From an uncultured virus (IMG/VR IMGVR_UViG_3300008266_011056) (Duplodnaviria; Heunggongvirae; Uroviricota; Caudoviricetes), in IMG/VR virus record IMGVR_UViG_3300008266_011056: DNA of 20,000 bases; one strand, 5' to 3'. The position numbers and the translations under genes were made by a program. This document shows, in pieces, positions 15,377 to 20,000 of this stretch (position 1 is the first letter of the stretch; each line of letters opens with the position of its first letter). The notes beneath the pieces were generated by a model. The model ran no database searches. It was given only the letters and a program-made list of their open reading frames with translations, and had not been told where the DNA came from.

Positions 15377-15821
15377 ACCTGTACTCCATAGAAAAGATTC
15401 TATCGTTCACCTCACCTGTTGTAACAAACCCTAGCTTCTCGTATGTTTTAAGAGCACGCGTATTTGTTTTAAGAACTTCTAGTCTTATAGGTAGTTGTTT
15501 ATTACAATTATCGATCAAGAACTTAAATAAAGGTGTTCCTAAACCCTTATCTCTATAGTCTGGTGTCAAACCTCCTGTAAGGAGGTATTGATCTTCTTCT
15601 AAATGTATGACACCAAACCCTGCATTAACTACAACCGCACCATGCTCGATAGCATAAGCAATATATAGTTCATATTTTTTAAACGCAGTTTTAAACCACT
15701 CAGCCTGCTGCTCAGGAGTAATATATTCCGTACTACGTGTCATGTAGTCTTTACATTCATTACGAATAGTACGCAATATCTCAGCTTCTGCAGGGGTGGT
15801 TACTCGTTTAAACACTAGCAT
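15360..15821 (-). CDS. GNAT-family N-acetyltransferase (PseH-like context)
   Basis: IRNECKDYMT..ITPEQQAEWF, acetyl-CoA motif PDYRDKGLGT and LEVLKTNTRALKTYEKLGF. Confidence 0.9.
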   Translation of the reverse strand: MLVFKRVTTPAEAEILRTIRNECKDYMTRSTEYITPEQQAEWFKTAFKKYELYIAYAIEHGAVVVNAGFGVIHLEEDQYLLTGGLTPDYRDKGLGTPLFKFLIDNCNKQLPIRLEVLKTNTRALKTYEKLGFVTTGEVNDRIFSMEYRYDSVI

Positions 15822-16765
15822 AAAAATACCTCATTAAATTTTTTCATCACCTTGTCTGGACTAAACTCTGCTACTCTTTGAGTCCAGTCTTGTTTAATGT
15901 CTTTAATATTTTTTAAGATATAAAAGAAGTCATCCTCATTATTATATAAGGTATCGCTATTTTTTAACATATCTAAATGGTTTTTGTCATGACCACCATT
16001 CCATGCAATTACCGGTTTGTTTAGATACAGAAATTCTGCAATAGATAGTCCAAAAGACTCACCTCTATATCTTGCATGTATCATTGCATCACATGTATTA
16101 ATGAAATTAGCTTTCTTCTGTAGATCGTGAATTTCGTTAATGAACTTAATGTTAGGGTGATCTGAAAAAGGCTGGGTACCTACAAATAAAAATACATAAC
16201 GGTCGTCAGTATTAACTAATTTGAGAATACTATCTCTAACAGACTCAATATCAAATGTAAAGTAACCACCATACCTACCAATCACTATTTTATCTTTAGG
16301 AATATCTAAGTACCCTTTAAAGTCCCCATTAGGTTCTGGTAACTTAACAATATGTGGTACGTAAGGTATCTCTCCCTGTGACATCTCATCAGATAACCAT
16401 TTAGAGATATACGCATACCTATCTCCATGAGGTTGATTAAACTGAAATACCGAATGTACTGCAGTCTTACAGTTAGTTGGTAAAGGTTCTTTTTGCCCTG
16501 AACGAATAAAGTAAGCGAGATCAATTTGCTCTTTAGAAATAATAGCTTCTAAATCGCCTTCTCTATACCCAATTACATTAAAGTCTTTTTTAAGACGATC
16601 AATAACTGCTTGCTCTGAACCCATATCTTTCTCATAACCTAGGCTATGATTGTAAGCTATGACAGATTCATTACCAAATATTTCCTGATTGTAGCGAGCA
16701 TAGTCTGTTATGGCAACAGTTGTACCCCTGTAGTTTAATGTATTAGCATGAAATAAAATTTTCAT
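15815..16765 (-). CDS. GT-B fold glycosyltransferase (GT4-like)
   Basis: RGTTVAITDYA, VIGRYGG and FINTCDAMIHARYRGESFGLSIAEF..LNKPVI (ExFG....E motif). Confidence 0.9.
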   Translation of the reverse strand: MKILFHANTLNYRGTTVAITDYARYNQEIFGNESVIAYNHSLGYEKDMGSEQAVIDRLKKDFNVIGYREGDLEAIISKEQIDLAYFIRSGQKEPLPTNCKTAVHSVFQFNQPHGDRYAYISKWLSDEMSQGEIPYVPHIVKLPEPNGDFKGYLDIPKDKIVIGRYGGYFTFDIESVRDSILKLVNTDDRYVFLFVGTQPFSDHPNIKFINEIHDLQKKANFINTCDAMIHARYRGESFGLSIAEFLYLNKPVIAWNGGHDKNHLDMLKNSDTLYNNEDDFFYILKNIKDIKQDWTQRVAEFSPDKVMKKFNEVFLC

Positions 16766-17445
16766 CTAACTATTTTTCCTTTGTAGTTAAACGTTGTTGA
16801 AGATGTCATATGTTCGGTTGAGAAGGTATTGTTAATAATTTCACTACATCGCTTAACAAATAACTCAATATTTTGAGCCATACGTGACTGATAAAGATGA
16901 TAGACGGTATCTTCAAAGACTGTACCAATACCGTAGTAACCAAGGTTACTTAAGGGCCATAACCCCTCACCAGGTTCCCCTTCAAAGTAAGTTGGTCGTA
17001 ATGCCCGGTAACGAATGCCTTTTTCTTCTGCAATATAACTTATTTCTTCTGCTGTATCTGATCGATATGTTTCTGTAAATGAAGGGCAGTTTAATTCATT
17101 ATAAAGTTTGGTAGGCATCACGTAGAAACCTGGTGCTGCATAGATGTGACTTTTAGGTGGTATATGATTGGATACTTGTGCGATACCTACAAACGTATTA
17201 TTCTTATACGCGTATCTAATAATGTCCAAAACTTTTTGCTTATCTAGTATAACACAATCTGGTTCAATAGTTACTACTACATCTGATTTAGATTCACTAT
17301 GAATCACCTGCATCCAGGTGCCATGATTCCAATTAAGGTTATGGTAATTGACAGGTATGTCAAAATGCTTCATAACTGACTTATGAGCATCTAACATATC
17401 TTTATTGACGTTGTCCCAATGCAGGGAATTAAATTCTACTTTCAT
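16762..17445 (-). CDS. Putative GT-A-like protein
   Basis: Start reassigned to ATG 17445 (GAGGAGGAG RBS). It has HGTWM, a DxD-like VVVTIEPDCV, YAAPGFY and VYHLYQSR. Family is tentative. Confidence 0.6.
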   Translation of the reverse strand: MKVEFNSLHWDNVNKDMLDAHKSVMKHFDIPVNYHNLNWNHGTWMQVIHSESKSDVVVTIEPDCVILDKQKVLDIIRYAYKNNTFVGIAQVSNHIPPKSHIYAAPGFYVMPTKLYNELNCPSFTETYRSDTAEEISYIAEEKGIRYRALRPTYFEGEPGEGLWPLSNLGYYGIGTVFEDTVYHLYQSRMAQNIELFVKRCSEIINNTFSTEHMTSSTTFNYKGKIVR

Positions 17446-17463
17446 TAAGCTCCTCCTCACTAC

Positions 17464-17493
17464 ATTATATATAGGCAACAAGAAAAGCGCCAC
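17464..17493 (-). promoter_or_regulatory. Putative promoter of the glycan/replication operon
   Basis: TATAAT (17469-17464) in an intergenic gap just upstream of a strong RBS. The -35 (GTGGCG, 18 nt spacer) is poor. Confidence 0.5.
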
Positions 17494-17498
17494 TTAAT

Positions 17499-18344
17499 TT
17501 ATTTTTTTAAGTATAACCATTCACTGTGACTACCATTGACCTTGTTAAAGTAGCTTTCAAATGTTTCAGCTGGAAAGAGTAAATTATATGTTTTAAAGCT
17601 TTTTTTCATAAAGATTTCGTTAAAAGCTTTTTGCCATTCTTGATTATAAACTAATTTATTAAAGAATATATCTTTTTCAGAGTTATTGTTAGGTAGTTGA
17701 AAGAGAGAAATTATATATTCAAGATTGCAAAATTTAAATACATTACATACATATAAAAAATTGCTTTCATTAATTTTAATATTATTTTTTGCTAGTTTAA
17801 AGAAGCGAAATATGTTATGGAAATGTTTAGACTCATCTATTAAGAGTTTATGAAAAAACTTCTTAATATCCTCATCTTGTGTATGTTTATAGATCAAATA
17901 CAGACATGTCCAAAAGTTACATTCACCGAGATGGTAGAAAAGCAGCACATCCAATAATGGATATCGATCGACGAATTCTTTAGAAAAATCTTCCAGATAT
18001 TGTTTTCGCTCTTTTGTAATATTGAAATTAATTTTTTTAGATAAAAAATCTTCTAACAATAATGAATGACCACGTTCCTCTTCACTCATCTCTTGTAAGA
18101 AATGTTGTAGGGTTGTAATGTGGTCTAAACCGATAGTATTAATATCACTTAAATAATTTTTGTTTTTAATGTTTTCAGAAATAAGTGAGTAAACTAAAGT
18201 GGCTTGATATTCCCCTACATATAGATAGTTAACAAGTTCTGCAAAAAAGTTTTTTTCGAACTGCGAGAATTCGTCACCAAAATATTTTTTCAGGTCATCA
18301 GAAAAAATAGATTCTTTTAAAGAAAGAGGATTAGATAAGTTCAT
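17499..18344 (-). CDS. Ferritin-like superfamily diiron protein (function unknown)
   Basis: Four-ligand pattern E(VGEYQA)...EEERGH...E(LGECNF)...DESKH. The likely start ATG 18344 has no SD. The sequence is visibly AT-richer than its neighbours. Confidence 0.75.
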   Translation of the reverse strand: MNLSNPLSLKESIFSDDLKKYFGDEFSQFEKNFFAELVNYLYVGEYQATLVYSLISENIKNKNYLSDINTIGLDHITTLQHFLQEMSEEERGHSLLLEDFLSKKINFNITKERKQYLEDFSKEFVDRYPLLDVLLFYHLGECNFWTCLYLIYKHTQDEDIKKFFHKLLIDESKHFHNIFRFFKLAKNNIKINESNFLYVCNVFKFCNLEYIISLFQLPNNNSEKDIFFNKLVYNQEWQKAFNEIFMKKSFKTYNLLFPAETFESYFNKVNGSHSEWLYLKK

Positions 18345-18347
18345 TTT

Positions 18348-18371
18348 AAAAAATGGGCCTTTCGGCCCATT
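18348..18371 (-). terminator. Rho-independent terminator after rubrerythrin
   Basis: TGGGCC-GAAA-GGCCCA followed by TTTTTT, a few nt after the stop codon. Confidence 0.88.
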
Positions 18372-18375
18372 AACT

Positions 18376-18810
18376 TTAAGTATCTGACAAGTGTTTATCC
18401 AAAGCTTTTTGATAACGATTAGCATGACTACGTTCTGCTTTAGCTAATGTCTCAAACCAGTCGGCTACTTCATCAAAACCTTCTTCACGTGCAGTTTTAG
18501 CCATACCAGGATACATGTCTGAATACTCATGTGTCTCTCCTGCAATAGCTGCTTCTAGCATTTGACGGGCATTCTTTGCTGGCATGCTGGTACCAGGTTC
18601 ACCAGCTCCACCCTCAATCAAGTACTCCATATGACCATGGGCGTGACCAGTTTCACCTTCAGCTGTAGAACGGAACAATGCTGCTAGATCATTCTCACCT
18701 GCAATGTCACATTGGTTTGCAAAATACAAATAACGGCGGTTAGCCATCGATTCACCCGCAAAAGCTTCTTTCAAACATTCTGCAGTTTTAGTTCCTTTTA
18801 AACTACTCAT
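18376..18810 (-). CDS. rbr: Short rubrerythrin (erythrin; diiron domain only, no rubredoxin domain)
   Basis: [88 protein letters not shown]. Confidence 0.95.
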   Translation of the reverse strand: MSSLKGTKTAECLKEAFAGESMANRRYLYFANQCDIAGENDLAALFRSTAEGETGHAHGHMEYLIEGGAGEPGTSMPAKNARQMLEAAIAGETHEYSDMYPGMAKTAREEGFDEVADWFETLAKAERSHANRYQKALDKHLSDT

Positions 18811-18829
18811 AATATCTCCTTAATGTAAA

Positions 18830-18913
18830 TGGTACCCGGAGCCGGACTCGAACCGGCACGCCTTTCGGCGAAGGATTTTAAGTCCTTTGTGTCTACCATT
18901 TCACCACCCGGGC
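18830..18913 (-). tRNA. tRNA-Leu (TAA)
   Basis: GCCCGGGTGGTGAAATGGTAGACACAAAGGACT-TAA-AATCCTTCGCCGAAAGGCGTGCCGGTTCGAGTCCGGCTCCGGGTACCA, with a long variable arm and encoded CCA. Confidence 0.96.
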
Positions 18914-18915
18914 AT

Positions 18916-18991
18916 TGGTGCCGGTTGCAGGACTCGAACCCACCACCTGATGATTACAAATCAACTGCTCTACCTGATGAGCTAAACCGGC
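18916..18991 (-). tRNA. tRNA-Thr (TGT)
   Basis: GCCGGTTTAGCTCATCAGGTAGAGCAGTTGATT-TGT-AATCATCAGGTGGTGGGTTCGAGTCCTGCAACCGGCACCA, with one T:T mismatch in the anticodon stem. Confidence 0.94.
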
Positions 18992-19465
18992 TTATGCTGC
19001 TAACAACTCTTTAAGCCTATCTGCAGCGTAACTTGCTGCAAATGCATTAGGTTTAACAAGAGGCACTACGTTACATACACCTCTAATATAACCTACGGCT
19101 TGTTGTATAACAATACTACTATTATAGTGTTCATCGGGATTAATATCCAGATGTATCTCTACATTCCGGTCCCCGATTACGTCTACTAACTTCTGATACA
19201 TCTCTGCTACTTTGTAAACTTCATTCATTAAACGTAATGACGGTTTACTTGCTTTAGCATCATAATCTACTTCTGTTTGTACCTCTCCAAAAATTTTACA
19301 ACCATGTCTACCATCAATATGAACTACTACTGCTAATGTGTAATCTGCGTACCATATTTTACCTACTTTATATCGATCAGAATCAGCACCAATGTAAATT
19401 TTTGTTTCAGGGCTTTGCTTATCAATAAAAGCTTTTACTTCTTCGATATCTAACTGTCTACGCAC
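18992..19465 (-). CDS. YkuK/DUF458 RNase H-like nuclease family protein
   Basis: KIYIGADS, AVVVHIDG.HG, RLMNEV, EIHLDIN and KPNAFAASYAADR. GTG start with AAGGAG RBS. Confidence 0.85.
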   Translation of the reverse strand: MRRQLDIEEVKAFIDKQSPETKIYIGADSDRYKVGKIWYADYTLAVVVHIDGRHGCKIFGEVQTEVDYDAKASKPSLRLMNEVYKVAEMYQKLVDVIGDRNVEIHLDINPDEHYNSSIVIQQAVGYIRGVCNVVPLVKPNAFAASYAADRLKELLAA

Positions 19466-19478
19466 GATTACTCCTTAT

Positions 19479-19552
19479 TGGAGCGGAGTAGGAGAATCGA
19501 ACTCCTCGCTTTAGCTTGGAAGGCTAAGGTATTACCACTATACGAACTCCGC
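19479..19552 (-). tRNA. tRNA-Gly (TCC)
   Basis: GCGGAGTTCGTATAGTGGTAATACCTTAGCCT-TCC-AAGCTAAAGCGAGGAGTTCGATTCTCCTACTCCGCTCCA. Confidence 0.95.
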
Positions 19553-19554
19553 GT

Positions 19555-19812
19555 TTATGTAAAAAATGTTTCAATAATTTCCGGTTTTAGTATACCAGGT
19601 TTCTGACCATGTTTATCATAGTCGGGATGAAGAACTAGTGCCCAAGCTTTTTCAACAGCGTCTGGAATTAAGTAATCATAATCGTTACCAAAAAAAGCTG
19701 TTCCTTTAAGCATTTCAATACACTGATCTTTATTTTCCGCTATAACAGCCCACATACCACCATACTCAGATGACGGAAAAGGTACCCAGTATTCACCGAT
19801 ATAAACTTTCAT
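19555..19812 (-). CDS. Phage hypothetical protein
   Basis: 85 aa, AAAGG RBS, motif YWVPFPSSEYGG.W.VIA. Confidence 0.8.
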   Translation of the reverse strand: MKVYIGEYWVPFPSSEYGGMWAVIAENKDQCIEMLKGTAFFGNDYDYLIPDAVEKAWALVLHPDYDKHGQKPGILKPEIIETFFT

Positions 19813-19823
19813 GTTAACCTTTC

Positions 19824-19897
19824 TGGCTCCGGAGGAGGGAATCGAACCCCCACTAACGGTTTTGGAGACCGCCGCACTGCCATTATACTACTCCGGA
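19824..19897 (-). tRNA. tRNA-Trp (CCA) with atypical acceptor stem
   Basis: TCCGGAGTAGTATAATGGCAGTGCGGCGGTCT-CCA-AAACCGTTAGTGGGGGTTCGATTCCCTCCTCCGGAGCCA. Confidence 0.92.
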
Positions 19898-20000
19898 ATC
19901 TTTTTAATAAGAGGATTATCAATAGGTTCATCTACATAAGCACCTATCTCATCACTAATTCTCATCATTTCATCTAAAGCTTTTTCTCTTTTTTTATTTC
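19888..20000 (-). CDS. 3' end of a hypothetical protein (starts beyond the right edge); its stop codon lies inside tRNA-Trp
   Basis: Manual translation gives ...NKKREKALDEMMRISDEIGAYVDEPIDNPLIKKIPE*, with TAG at 19890-19888. Confidence 0.65.
   Translation of the reverse strand, partial: NKKREKALDEMMRISDEIGAYVDEPIDNPLIKKIPE

Noticed and set aside
3697..17078. Nested or antisense ORFs 3697-3969, 5879-6118, 5902-6222, 6779-6964, 7431-7751, 8757-8945, 11233-11430, 13621-13947, 16306-16524 and 16884-17078
   Set aside because: All lie on top of well-supported genes and show no recognisable motifs.
18829..19014. Plus-strand 61 aa ORF (MVPGAGLEPAR...)
   Set aside because: This is the typical antisense translation of tRNA-Leu and tRNA-Thr.
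1..20000. Alternative genetic code or suppressor tRNA
   Set aside because: Genes are full length in the standard code, TAA, TAG and TGA all end credible genes, and no tRNA has a stop-reading anticodon.
1..20000. CRISPR array, transposase, intron/intein or homing endonuclease
   Set aside because: I saw no spaced direct repeats or mobile-element motifs, and the core genes have normal lengths in the visible portion.

Overview
This window comes from a large, AT-rich T4-like (myovirus-type) bacteriophage genome, and almost all genes lie on the minus strand. In transcription order (right to left) it holds: four tRNAs (Trp, Gly, Thr, Leu) interleaved with small genes and a YkuK/RNase H-like nuclease; a short rubrerythrin and a second ferritin-like diiron protein; an ~8 kb tightly coupled sugar biosynthesis/glycosyltransferase operon (DegT aminotransferase, GNAT acetyltransferase, SDR epimerase, a GT-C-methyltransferase fusion and several GTs) that runs straight into the replication genes gp45-gp44-(small insert)-gp62-regA; a highly structured RNA leader (hairpin, H-type pseudoknot, ROSE-like thermometer) ahead of a small helical protein and Hsp20; small hypothetical genes; a HAD deoxyribonucleotidase; a GT2 plus cupin pair whose cupin ORF reads through an entire tRNA-Met; two opposite-strand membrane/secreted genes; and the 5' part of DNA polymerase gp43. 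The best candidates for undescribed biology are the glycan operon coupled to the sliding clamp gene, the structured pre-hsp20 leader, and the tRNAs that overlap or abut the ends of coding sequences. All calls come from reading motifs by eye; no searches or folding programs were run.
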